64,000 nucleotides of DNA from the human T2T-CHM13v2.0 reference genome, Homo sapiens, in the NCBI RefSeq assembly GCF_009914755.1, contig NC_060944.1, one strand, 5' to 3'. The notes under the pieces are model-generated. The model saw nothing but the letters and a program-made list of their open reading frames with translations. It was not told the origin of the DNA and ran no database searches. Shown here piece after piece: positions 1-12,944 of the stretch. Positions within the stretch are counted from its first letter, which is position 1. Every line of letters begins with the position of its first letter. The position numbers and the translations under genes were made by a program.

Positions 1-249
1 GAGAAGCAGGAAAACAATTCCAAAGTGCTTCTTATGGATGTAACTTTAGGATGAGGGACCACGTGCAGCAAAATGACAGTGTGGACCTAGCAGAAGAAGA
101 GGTGATGTTAAAAAGGGAGGGACATGTTTTTTTTTTTAAATTGAAAATTGGTGTCTGTAGTTGATATATATTCATGTAGGTTTATACAGAACATTTATGA
201 GACGTATGATAATTCTCAGGTGAGTGAGATTTTCAGACTGGCATTTTAT

Positions 250-482
250 TAACTTATGTTAAGAGCACGCCAGACACTGCTCTTGGTTTTTCACAAATGA
301 TCCCATTGTATACCTACAATACCCCTAGGAGGAATATCTTTTCTTGTGCTCATTGCTGATGGGAAGACAGAAGCGCAGGGAGGAAAAAGGTTTTGCTAGT
401 GTCACACAGCTAGTGGGTAGTGACGCTGGATTTGAATCCAGCCAGTCTGGCTCCAGTGCCCAAGCTCTCATAGCCATTACTC
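250..482 (-). mobile_element. MIR SINE (degenerate)
   Basis: Reverse-complement MIR core: gtcacacagctagtgggtagtgacgctggatttgaatccagccagtctggctccag. Confidence 0.75.
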
Positions 483-689
483 TATGAGGTCATATGTACC
501 AGATGGATGAAACAGTCAGGGCTTAGGTTAGGGAGCCTCTGATAAAAAAGTGCTTCTAGCCAAGTTTATCATATGTGCAATGTGGACTCTCTTTATTTTA
601 TTGTATATTTTTAAAATTAAAATGAACAGGAAAATTATCTAAATTTTTTAATCAACTACCTGAGACAATATCTTTTAGCTTGCTTTTGA

Positions 690-1550
<861 letters not shown>

Positions 1551-2599
1551 TGCAAAGTTTGAATTTAATTTTTGTGGGAGAATACTCCAGCTGCCTTTTA
1601 AACTATTCCATCTTGCTTGATCAGTAGAACTTCATAAGGAAATGTCCTCATTCTAGTGAGCAATATTTAGTCCTGCGAGACTAAGAAACCACTGGATTGA
1701 TTTGAGGACAGGTTGGAGAGACAAATGAATGCAGTTCTTTGGTGTAACACCTGTAGATTGTTTTTCTTATCCTCTTACAGCAGATAATACTTTAATAGAA
1801 CTGAGATTGTGACTGAGACAGGCAATGCTACATCAATTAAGATCACCAATGCATTGTGGAGGACAGACACAATGCACCTTGGCAGAACAGATGAATCAAT
1901 TTTTCACCTCGGTGGGCCAGAGCAGTAAAAGGAAATATTTCTGATGTATATGAAACTCATGACTAACATATGTTCATTTGGATGATACCCTCTTCCTACT
2001 CCCATTTATAATCATTATATTTTAGTGTTTCTGACTTCAGTGGTTCGCATATTTTTGTTCTTCAAAATTCATTTAGGTGTATCTGTTTATTCAAATGCAA
2101 ATCATTATAGGATAGAATGATATTGGTAGGATTCATCTTCCTCCTTCGCATCAGTGTTAGTCCTGAATTAGAGCTGGTGGTAGTGGGTGGAGAAAGGAGA
2201 GGACTGTCTCCTTAAGGAAGTACAATCATTTGTCAGGAGTAAAGGTGACCATCTTTCATCGGAGGCACCCAGGGACTTTAGGAGCACATATTTTGTGACT
2301 TGTTTTGAAGAATGTGTCAGATGACATGAACAGGGCTAGAATTGGGAAGAAGCCCAAGTCTTTCCCTTTCAAAAGAAAAGGAAGGAAAAAAAGAGAGGAA
2401 AGATGGGTGTTACTTTTATAGCAAAGCACAATCTCAAAACACAACCTGAGACATTTCTTGCTTGCATCATAGCCTGATAATACAGGGCACCTACTGTTAG
2501 TAGATAGGCCCATTCTCAGGGGGAAAAAAAAGTGCAGGAAAATCAAATCTTTGCCAAGAAGCCAAGTTAGCAGTGGGCAGGAAGAGAGGGGAGGGGGCC

Positions 2600-2800
2600 G
2601 TGGTGTGTTTGGTAAGAGTTGGCTCTAGTATCTAACTGCTTCTGTCTGAATCACTCATGATCTGGGGAATATTGGACAAGTTACTTGCTCTCTCTGGAGA
2701 CTCATAGCTCTATCTGTAAAATGGGTATATGCTTTTGTAGTGGAAGTTCAATGGAGTAATGTGTAAGTAAAGCTTTTTGCTCAATGCCTAAAACATAGTT
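2600..2800 (+). mobile_element. MIR SINE
   Basis: ttggacaagttacttgctctctctggagactcatagctctatctgtaaaatggg MIR core. Confidence 0.65.
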
Positions 2801-2821
2801 GATTTTTCTTAAGTGTTTTAT

Positions 2822-3030
2822 ATTACTTATTTACTGGACATGAATATTCCATGCCAAATATTGTGCTAAGAACCTTACTGGCATTATTTCATTAAAATAT
2901 ATCCATGTGGTAGGTATTATAAATCTCCCAATTTTTCAGATAAGTGACCACAGGAGAAAATCATTTTCTAAAGTCATGCACTTTGTGAGTTATAGAGTAG
3001 ATGGAATTAAACTCGAGTTTCTCTGATTAC
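2822..3030 (-). mobile_element. MIR SINE, tail-to-tail with the previous MIR
   Basis: atgccaaatattgtgctaagaacc...gtaggtattat...atttttcagataag reverse MIR core. Confidence 0.6.
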
Positions 3031-3550
3031 AGATCTTCTGAAATTTTTAACATTAAAAAAAAAAGAGCTTGGAAATCCTGACTGTTGTAGGCTGTGCCAT
3101 GATCACTGTTGAATTCTTTATCTGAACACCAGTTTTCTATATGAACTGAGAGAGATGGCAAGAAATAAAGAATTGGTACTTTCTTAGGCTGTATAAATGA
3201 GAGGATTGTGCAAATCATGATAGACAAAACCCAGGAATGACTGGCATTTTAAAGAAACTTGTGCTTACTAGAAAGGGTAATTAATAGCTTAATGAAGTTA
3301 CTAAGTACTAAATGCTCATAATCATTCTGTGTTTAATGCTTTATATAGGGAAAAAACAATAAGACCAGCCTAATTGAACAGAGTAAGATACAGCTCAGCT
3401 CTTGTCAAATCCCCCTCCCAAACTCTACGGCTAAAAAAATGTGTTATCTTAAGGTGGGAACTAGATTGAGATGCCAAAAGCACAATATGTAAGGAATGCT
3501 GGCTTTCAAGATTGTGAAAGTACTGGAATGTGTGTTCATTTTCTGTTACA

Positions 3551-3802
3551 GTATAACAAGCTACAGCAAGCTGAGTGGTTTAAAATCATACATATAAGCT
3601 TGGCATGGTAATCCTAGCACTCTGGGAGGCTGAGGGTGGTGGATCACTTGAGGTCAGGAGTTTGAGACCAGCATAACAAGCTACAGCAAGCTGGGTGGTT
3701 TAAAATCATACATATAGGCTGGGCATGGTGGCTCACATCTGTAATCCCAGCACTTTGGGAGGCTGGGGCTAGTGGATCACTTGAGGTCAGGAGTTTGAGA
3801 CC
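3551..3802 (+). repeat. Tandem duplication (period 120 bp) of flank plus Alu 5' end
   Basis: ataacaagctacagcaagctgRgtggtttaaaatcatacatata followed by the Alu head to gagacca occurs at 3553 and again at 3673. Confidence 0.9.
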
Positions 3803-4032
3803 AACCTGGCCACCATGGTGAAACCCTGTCTCTACCAAAAATACAAAAATTAGCCAGGCATGGTGGTGTGTGCCTCTAGTCTCAGCTACTCGGGAGGCTG
3901 AGGCAAGAGAGTTGCTTGAGCCTGGGAGGCGGAGGTTGCAGTGAGCTGAGAGTGTACCATTGCACTCTGGTTTGGGTAACAGGAAGAGACTTCATCCCCT
4001 CTGCCCCAAATAATGATAATAATAATAAAATA
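3717..4032 (+). mobile_element. AluS
   Basis: Full dimer; TSD aaaatcatacatat at 3702-3715 and 4033-4046. Confidence 0.95.
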
Positions 4033-4340
4033 AAAATCATACATATTTATCACCCTGTAGTTTCCACGGGTCAGCAGTTCTAGCACAACTTAATTGGATC
4101 CTCGGTAAGGCTGCAGTAGAGGTGTCTGTGGAGCTGTGGACTCATCTGGAATCTCAACTATGGAAGGGTCCACTTCTAATTTCACACAGTTGGCAGAATT
4201 CATTTCCTTGCATATACGGTACTGAGAGTTTCAGTTTCTTGTTGGTTGTCATCTGGAGGTCACTGTGAGCGCCTTGAGGCCTCTCATAGTTTCTTGTCAT
4301 ATGGGATTCTGTGCCATGGCTATGTGCTTTCTCAAGGTCA

Positions 4341-4739
<399 letters not shown>

Positions 4740-4894
4740 TTAGTTTTTTTAGGTGAAAAAATGATTTTAGTGAATAACAAGCCAATGGGACCTACAGGCT
4801 AGAAATAGTCAAAAGTGAGCAGGAGGGAAAGAATGTAAATCAATGAGTATTTCATGTACTGGAGTTCTCACAATGATGCGATGAGATATCGGGG

Positions 4895-5420
4895 GTGTCT
4901 TTAGAAGTCTCTGACTATAAGCCACACCAGACCCAATTTACAATGAATAAAGAAATTTATTTTTTCAAACAATCCGAAGTTGCAGCAGCACCAAGCTTGT
5001 CTGGCTCAGAGGCTCAGTGGTGGCTCTCAGGAAGCCAGCTCCTTTCTGACTTTCTGCTGTGTCATCCTTGGCATGCCGTCTCACTTCCCTCATGGTCACA
5101 CAATGGCTGTCGTAGCTCTTGAACAAACATCATTGTTCAGAAGCAGAAGGAAGGGCCTGCTTCTCCCTTGCATCTCTCTTTCTCTTTTTTAAGAGCTAAG
5201 AAACATTTCCAAGAAGCTCTGACAGTGTACTTTCACTGTATCTCATTTAATAGAGTTGAGTCATAGACGACTTCTCAAGCCAATCAAGGAAGGGGGATGA
5301 AATTAGCAGGATTGGTTCAAATGAACCAATGCTTATCCTTGAAGTTCTGGCTGGGGTCACTTTCTTAGAACACAAAAGATGAAGATAAACAAAATCAGAG
5401 CCCTGGTGGCAGGAAAGTCT
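4895..5420 (-). mobile_element. Old MaLR LTR (MLT1K/L-like)
   Basis: catccttggcatg...catggtcacacaatggctgtcgtagctc...aaacatttccaagaagc motifs. Confidence 0.5.
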
Positions 5421-5589
5421 GTGTGAGCACATTCGTATGTGTGGATCTGCATGTAGGTATGTGCGTATGTGTATGTGAGTATGTATGCAGGTATGTGTAG
5501 AAGGGAAGGGTTTGAGTTAGGAAACAACTGTATTGCATCTATACATTTTAAATGTGAAAGGATCTCCTCTCCCCAAAAGGTTTGCAGAG

Positions 5590-5782
5590 TCAGAAACTTA
5601 GGTTAAATGACTTAGGCACAGACTAGCTAACTGTGATTAATGCCTTAACTTGCTCTAATGTTGCCATGAAACTTGCAAAATGAGGCTATTAATATTACCC
5701 ACTGTCTCAGATTTGTGTGTGATTTAAATGTAAAGTGTTTGTCCCCGTGTCTGTCACTTATTAAGCGTCCAATAAATGAGGC
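5590..5782 (+). mobile_element. MIR SINE
   Basis: gcaaaatgaggctattaata...gatttaaatgtaaagtgttt...ttaagcgtccaataaatg. Confidence 0.55.
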
Positions 5783-6842
5783 TATATGAAGATGGGGAGA
5801 TGAGAATTATCCTTATTATATTCTATCTTGAGTTTTATAATACTAATGCACACCTATAGTGTACTTTCAACTTTGCTTCAATGGATGAAGTTTCAATGGA
5901 ATTAAGATTCTTTGGCAACTTTCTCAGAGTCACCCAATAAGCAGGAACTCTCTTTTAATGCAAAAAGCACATCTGCAGAGTTAACTTCTTGGACATGGTG
6001 GCATTTCTTCCCCATTGAAGGCCTTTCATAGAACTTTTCCAAATCTCCAGTATAAGTTCAACACAAATACTCTTGCACCAATATCAGGATCGTTTTTTAC
6101 TTTTATATATACTATTTCTCCCTTGACAGTCTCATCTCCCAGAATCGAGTGCCAAGGGCGATTGTTTGTTTATGACACCTCTACATCTTCCTTTCTCTCG
6201 CACTTCTTGCCCCTGAAAGGTCATAAAATATTTGACTGTGGTGGGTGGTTAAAGTGCTTTAAAAAGTAGTTCATGAAGTTTAATTAAAGGCATTGGGAAA
6301 CTTTTATCTGCTTGATATTTGGGGTAATGGAGAGATTATATATGAATGACTGCTGAGCATTAAAAAATATATAGTGAGGAAAAAAAGAAAAAAGCTCTGT
6401 CAGCCATAAAGCAAGCAGTCAGCAGGGACTTGCATGAGATGCTAAAAATAATGTCCCATTAGTGAACCAACACTTTCAGAAAGTCAAAATGGGATGGGGG
6501 CACTTAAGGGAGGGCAGTTATAACTGAAGGGAAGCTGAGATTGGATAAGGAGGCCAGCAGAAATCTATACAAAAGAGCCATGCTTTTTGGTCAGAACTTT
6601 CTCAGTGTACGTGACAAAAACCCAACTCAAAGAGAACTGAGCAAAGAAATGTATTGGCTCTTATCTAGATGATTGGGTCCAGGGATCTAAATGAGCGTGC
6701 TGTCTGGTCCCTGTCTTTCCTCAAGTTAGTAGTTGACTCCCTACTCCTTCATCTGATTCCTTCAGCAGCCTGACGGTAAAAAAAGTGAGGTTTTTTTTTC
6801 CCCCTCAATTAATGTATTTAATGTTTGCCAATTACAACAGCT

Positions 6843-7210
6843 TAAAATCAGCATATATCTAGCAATAAATCTAATAAAACATGTAAGACCTCTTCATGGA
6901 AAATGGCATATTATTATTGAAAGAGATTAAAATCTAAATAAATCGAGGGCTAGACCACATTCATGGATTGGAAGACTTAAGACTTGCAGAGATGTCAATT
7001 CTCTCCAAAGTAATCTTCAGATTCAGTGCAATTCTTTTCAAAGTACTAGCATTATTTATTTACTTACTTTAGAAACTGACAGGCTAATTTCCGAAATGCA
7101 TGGAAATACGAAGGGGCAAGAAGAGTAAAGACAATCTTGAAGAAGAAAAAGCTGGAAAATGTACATCAGAAGATTCAAGACTTACTATTAATCTATAGTA
7201 CTAGGATAGC
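6843..7210 (+). mobile_element. Ancient L1M ORF2 fragment
   Basis: cattcatggattggaagactt...gatgtcaattctctccaaa...ttagaaactgacaggctaatt, degenerate ORF2 3' half. Confidence 0.75.
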
Positions 7211-7774
7211 GTGCAATTCTTTTATGTTGAGTTTTACTTGTTTGTATGGTTCTAAAGGCTGGACCCCCCTAGACAGAGAGTGTGGAAAGCATTTGAGGTC
7301 CCAGTGCACATCCACCAGTGTGGGTTGGGGGTGTCATCTTTGTATGTGAAGAATTGGATATGGACCTATTCTTTCTGGTAAGCCCGAGAGCTGCTTTGTT
7401 CTGTAAACCAGATGTTTTGTCTTGCTGGTCAGTTATAGCAGGAGGCCATCTGATAGTCTAGCTGGCAGTGACATGGAAATGGCACTGTACCCAATGAGAA
7501 ACTTTATAGTTGCCATACAGTATTGACCCTAGAGGCTGCATTTGCTCTCAATTTTGTGTGTTGGCATTGCGTAAACTAGGCAATGTATTTATGCTTACCA
7601 ATTTCCTTATTCAAATAGCTTTTCATTATAACAAAATAATCTTAGGTACTGAAAATTTAGAAAATGCAGATAGGGAAAAAGGACATAAAAAGCAGTTAAT
7701 CCCAACACTCAGAAATCAGAGCTGACTTGTCCAATACGCATAGAAAACACAGTGCCTAAGGCTTATAGAATATT

Positions 7775-7928
7775 TTTTTTCCTTTTAAAAAAACTTTTAC
7801 TTTAGGTTCAGGGGTACATGTGCAGATTTGTTATTATAGGTAAGCTTCTGTCATGGGGGTTTGGTGTACAGACCATTTCATCACCCAGGTACTAAGCATA
7901 GTATCCAATAATTATTTTTTCTGATTCT
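7775..7928 (-). mobile_element. L1 3' end (L1PA13-16/L1PB-like)
   Basis: ttttaggttcaggggtacatgtgcagatttgtt...catcacccaggtactaagcatagta. Confidence 0.8.
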
Positions 7929-7944
7929 TGAGAGAGAGATTCTT

Positions 7945-8297
7945 TATCGTAGTTCAGGCTGCTATAATAGAATACCATAGAATGGGTGACTTCAACGACA
8001 TATGTGTATTTCTCAGAGTTCTGGAAACTGGGAAGTCTAAGATCAAGGTACTGGTTGGTTTGGTTCCTGGTGAGGGTCTTCCTCCTGGTTGGCAGATGAT
8101 TTGTTGCTATATCTTCTCACGGAAGACAGAGAAAAAGCTCTGGTCTCTTCTTCTAGTTAAGGGCGCTTATCCCACCATGGGGCTCTACCCTTAAAACCTC
8201 GTGGAAACGTAAGGGCCCACCTCCAAATGTCATCGCACTGGAGATTAGGAATTCAACATATACATTTTGGATGAGTACAGACATGTAGTTCATAACA
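7945..8297 (-). mobile_element. MaLR solo LTR (MLT1A0-like)
   Basis: gttcaggctgctataatagaataccatagaatggg...gggaagtctaagatcaagg...ttcataaca. Confidence 0.8.
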
Positions 8298-8758
8298 CTG
8301 TCTTACTCAGAAAGTTCCATAACCATCTAGGGACTGGGTCTCTGGCTGTGAGGCTATGGCCAGGTGAGGGAGAGGAGAGAAGAGGAAGTAGAAGACGATA
8401 GGCTCTCAAGTCTTTAGCCAGGTTTGGGACTAAGGTCTGAGCCTTGTGGAATGACAGAGCTAAAACTTAAGGTTGCCAGGGCTTCTTTCTCTGGGAGCCT
8501 GGCTGATGCTTGGCATAGACAGTAGTTCTCAGGCCCTGGTGACAGAGGAATTCATAGACTTGTGATGAGAAGGTTCTCTCATTTCTCATTTCTGTGAAGA
8601 GTCCAGTGAGACTCTGCCCCAGGGATGACTGTAGGAAGCCAGCCTGGTTTACCCCTTTGGGTGCTCTGCAGCTGTGCAGCTCCAGGAGATGCCACAGTGA
8701 GCACAAAATAGCATTCTCAGGGAGGAAGTTCTCCTTCAAGTGACTATGGGTTAGAGAC

Positions 8759-9455
8759 TGCATGAGTTTTCTGTGTTGCATAAGTCGCCATGCCCTTAGA
8801 AGTTTAACAAAACACTCATTTACTAGCTCACACTTCTGCAGGTGAGAAGTCCAGGAGGGTATAGAGGAGCAATAACCTCCACAGGTGCTTAGTGGGAATG
8901 GACCCCTGTAACAAAAGATAGATTAGCAAGAGAAAAACAAACAGAAGTTTATGAACATGTCTATTTCACATACATGTGGGAGACATCCAGGGAATGAGTA
9001 GTTCTCCAAGAGGTGGCCTTTAATTTTAATTTATTCAGCATCTTCAATGAAAAGATAGTAACTTTTTAGAGAATTAACAAGTCAAAATAATTTTGAGTCT
9101 CTAGTGGTAGCAACTTGGAGGAAGGCAGATAAATGGCAGATAAAGGCAAGTTAGTAAAGTTTGTAAATCTCTGAAAAATATCCAGACCAAAAAGGGTCCA
9201 AAGTTATTCTCTTCTTGTTGCTTTGTCCCTCTTTGAGACCCCTACTGCCTCCATCTGTAAAAACTCTGTTTCTAAGGCTTACCTGATTAAGTCAGGCCCA
9301 CCGGGATCACCTCCCAGTGTTGAAGTCAACCGTGCCATATGTATAATGTAACCTGATCACAGAGAAAGACACTATATACAGCCAAGAGATCATGCAGGTC
9401 TTGCAGCCCAGGGAATTGAGAAATCTTAGTGGATATTTTAGAACTCTGTCAACCT
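8759..9455 (-). mobile_element. MLT1E-like LTR with a nested ERV1-class LTR fragment (MER34/MER39-like, ~8860-9200)
   Basis: MLT1 start (8759-8858) and end (gtcaggcccaccgggatcacctccc...ttttagaactctg) flank tgtaacaaaagatagattagcaagagaaaaacaaacagaagttt. Confidence 0.5.
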
Positions 9456-9634
9456 CTGTGATACTGACAAAGAGACTGGTATAGAAGAACCTTAGAGGAC
9501 AAACTCCAAGCTTAGTTGAAACACTTCTAAGGGCTCCCCAGTATTTGTGAACACGTGAGAAACGGCAGAGGTGGAAGTCCACCAAGGTCCTTATTCTACT
9601 TTAATGTGGGTAGCCAATGTTAGTGACAAGTGGC

Positions 9635-10312
9635 ATAGCATTGTTCCAGTTGTTCTGGAAACCAGAGATTCTGGAAACAGATTGCTTAAGTTCAAAACCC
9701 AGTTCTATCATTAACTAGCCTGTTAAATTGGGTCAGTTACTAACTTTTGTGCCTCATGTAAAGATTCCCCAAGATCAGATATTTGAAAGGACTCACAGGT
9801 CATATTTCTGTAAAGCTTTTACTTATAGGAAAATGATATAGTGCAGCAAGAGGAGTGCAGGCAAGCACTGAGGTCCAAGAGACATCCAGGAACAAGCTCC
9901 CACTGCCGTCTCCTCAGGTTAAATCACCAAGCCTTGTGTGTAGAATCTTGGCTTTGGGAGAGCTCAAAACAGAAGTTTCCACTAGGGTTTTAAGCTAAGC
10001 CAGCTTAACTCATTTGGCCAGCTGCAAAGCACCAGGGAAAAACTGCTTTTAGAAATTGCAACTCAAGTTTGATTTTAAATAAAACATCACAAAGCCCACT
10101 GCCCCTATCTTGGCCAAGACTCAAAGCCAGATGTCCACGTACCTGAGAGAAAAAGGTTAAAACTTTTGTCATCCAGCCATAAATCAATTATATCTTTCAT
10201 AGATCAGTTTTCTCACTGGTAAAATGTGGATAACAGCAATACCTATCTCATAGGATTAAACATTTGTAAAATATCTAGATGAATGTGTAGCACACAGAAA
10301 TCACTATAGAGT
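9635..10312 (+). mobile_element. MIR split by a MER21-like LTR fragment (~9757-10203)
   Basis: MIR ...gttactaacttttgtgcctca resumes at cagttttctcactggtaaaatgtggataa; insert has gaaaggactcacagg and catccaggaacaagctccca. Confidence 0.55.
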
Positions 10313-11344
10313 TTACATGTTTTTAGAATATATATGTGATCTTACTGATTTTTACATGTCAGCGAAGCCTGGAAAATTCATGTTCTATGGACAAACAGAT
10401 TTTTCTCCTTTTGCAAGCCATTTTCTGAGGGTATACAAACTTATATTCCTGCTGGTCTACTCTATAATTTGGAGGAAAAGAGTCAAATTCACATAGGATA
10501 GAGTGGACTTAAAGGAATGTCAATTAAATGACATCTCTTATGAAAAGTTCCTAGGAAGCACAAAATTCAGTAAGTCAAAAGCAAAGATTTCATCCCATGA
10601 GTCCAGGTTTATACATTTTCTTTGACATGCAATGATTTTTAAGTAGTTTTATTCTTCATGTGTTTTCAAACACATTGTATGTGTTTATGTCTGAGGAATA
10701 TACTCTCTCCTGTTATTTCCAGAATCTTAACTATGTGAGCAAAGGTACACAAGCTTCCCTGACCCCTTCTCCATTATATTGCTAATCCGTCACTTTATCC
10801 TGCACTGTTCATAAATGTAATTCTGGGTGGAATATTTTGCCAACACTTGTATAAGAGGGAGTACTTGAAGTTTAGTTACATTGTCAACAGGAATATATTT
10901 AGGTTTTAACTAATTATTTTAAGCTTAGCTTTCATTAGTTTATAGCCCTTCAATTGGGCGCTGAAATGATGAATCAATTACAGAAGCATAGAACGAAGGA
11001 GGTGGAGAGAGGAGGAGTCTATATAAAAGAAAACGAGATGGGTGTTTGTCAGCATTTCTGAAGGTGTGAAAGGTTTTTGATATGCACACTACGGAAATGT
11101 GCAAACTGGCAGGGCTTCCACCCACTCTTTCATGTGAAATGAGATTGAAAGGAGACTTATTAATTATTGCCAGTCATTTAAAAAGTCCTCTTGAGCAGCC
11201 ATTGATAATTAGGGATTTACCATTTTTTAAGGAAGGCATACTGAATGCTGAATTAGCAGAATCAGGACTATGGGTGATCAATGTTGTCTCTGTCATTCAT
11301 TGTTTTTCCAAATTACTTTTTCTGTATTAATCTTTGCGATAATT

Positions 11345-11540
11345 ATTTTTCCTTTTTAATTGTGTGGGTTCATAGTAGCTATATATATTTATGGGGTACA
11401 TGAGGTGTTTTGATACGGGCAGGCAATGCATAATAATGTCATCATGTAAAAGGGGGTATCCATCCCCTCAGGCATTTATCCTTTGTATTGCAAACAATCC
11501 AATTATACTCTTTTCGTTGCTTTAGAATATGCAATTGAAT
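11345..11540 (-). mobile_element. L1MA 3' end
   Basis: atatatttatggggtacatgaggtgttttgatac...gtatccatcccctcaggcatttatcctttg. Confidence 0.8.
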
Positions 11541-11949
11541 TTCTTTTTGCTTTTAAGACATGTCCAACCATTTTGAAGCTGGGATTATAACATGATTAAT
11601 AAAATAATAAGTTAGAACATTCTGTCATGTTAAGACACGTGAGCTGGTTGTCACAGAGCTGTTAAGAACAAGGGAGGCAGAATTGGGAACAGAAGACTCT
11701 ATATTCTATTGGATATTGTGAGAAACTCAATAGGACAGTGTGATTTGGAAAAAGGAAAAGTAAGGAAAGAATGACTTATAATAAAGCAATATTCCAACAA
11801 GTCTAAGATGACAGTAAAATATACAGACTTACCTTATGTGCCACTAAGATTTTTTTAAATGTCAATTTTAATTATAAGGAAACATCAATTGTAAAATATA
11901 TTACAATTTCTGGATGTGGAAATTATTTCTGATATATATTTAAGAAAGA

Positions 11950-12944
11950 GAATTCTAGTGGGTGCAGTGGTATCTCATTATTCTTTTAATTTGCATTCCC
12001 CTGGTAAATGATGGAGCTAAACATATATTTATATGCTTATTGACCATTTATATGTTTTCTTTTTTGAAGGATTTGAGTCTTTTGACCATTATTATTTGGA
12101 TGGTGGTTTTTTAAAAAATATATTGAATTGTTGTAGTTCTTTATATATTCAGGATTATAGTCCTTTGCAAATATAAGTATTGAGAACTCCTCACAAGTGC
12201 ATTCACTTTTAATAGGAAACACCCAATCTTTTCCACAAACCATACTGAAACAACTGGATATGTATGTGGAAATTTAATGAGCCACAACTCATATCTCATG
12301 TCATATCTAAATATTAATTTGAGATATGTTATAGGCATAAATATAAAAGTTAAAACCTTCTAGAAGAATACAGAAAATATTTTTATGAATTTGGAGCATT
12401 TACAAGTTCTTAGACAAAAACAACTAACCAAAAATACTGTTGAATTTTAATCCAAATTATTATTATTATTTTGGTTAGATCTGTCTCCTCCTGGTTCTTG
12501 AATTTTCTACATAAATTGTAAGGGTGTAATGTAAATTTCTGAAAATAAATCTAGTGGGATTTTGGTTGCAGTATAATTTATTCTATAAATGTAGGAAAAA
12601 TAGAATTTTAATAATATTTGAGTTTTCTAATCCAGAAACATGGCATACCCCTCAATTCAATTGGATCATCATGAGTTTCTCTCTGCATTTTCAGTATGTA
12701 GGGCAGAGGTTTGGCACATATTTTGCTAAATTTATTTCTAGGCATTTTGTTTTTTGGTAGTATTACAACTGATATTTTCTAAATGTCACTTTTATTCATT
12801 TTACTAGCAAATGATATACTTTTGAAAATTTAAAGTTGTACCCAGCAATACTGATCACAATTTTGAAATTCACATCAAAATTCTAAAATTTTTTCAAGAA
12901 ATTATTTTGTATGTGAGTATGTCATCTGGGAATAAAGACAGTTT
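11950..12944 (-). mobile_element. Ancient L1M(E) ORF2 fragments with an internal inverted segment (~12228-12455, +)
   Basis: gtggtatctcatt...tttgcattccc (-); caactggatat...ttctagaagaa (+); gtgggattttggttg...gtcatctgggaataaagacagttt (-). Confidence 0.65.
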
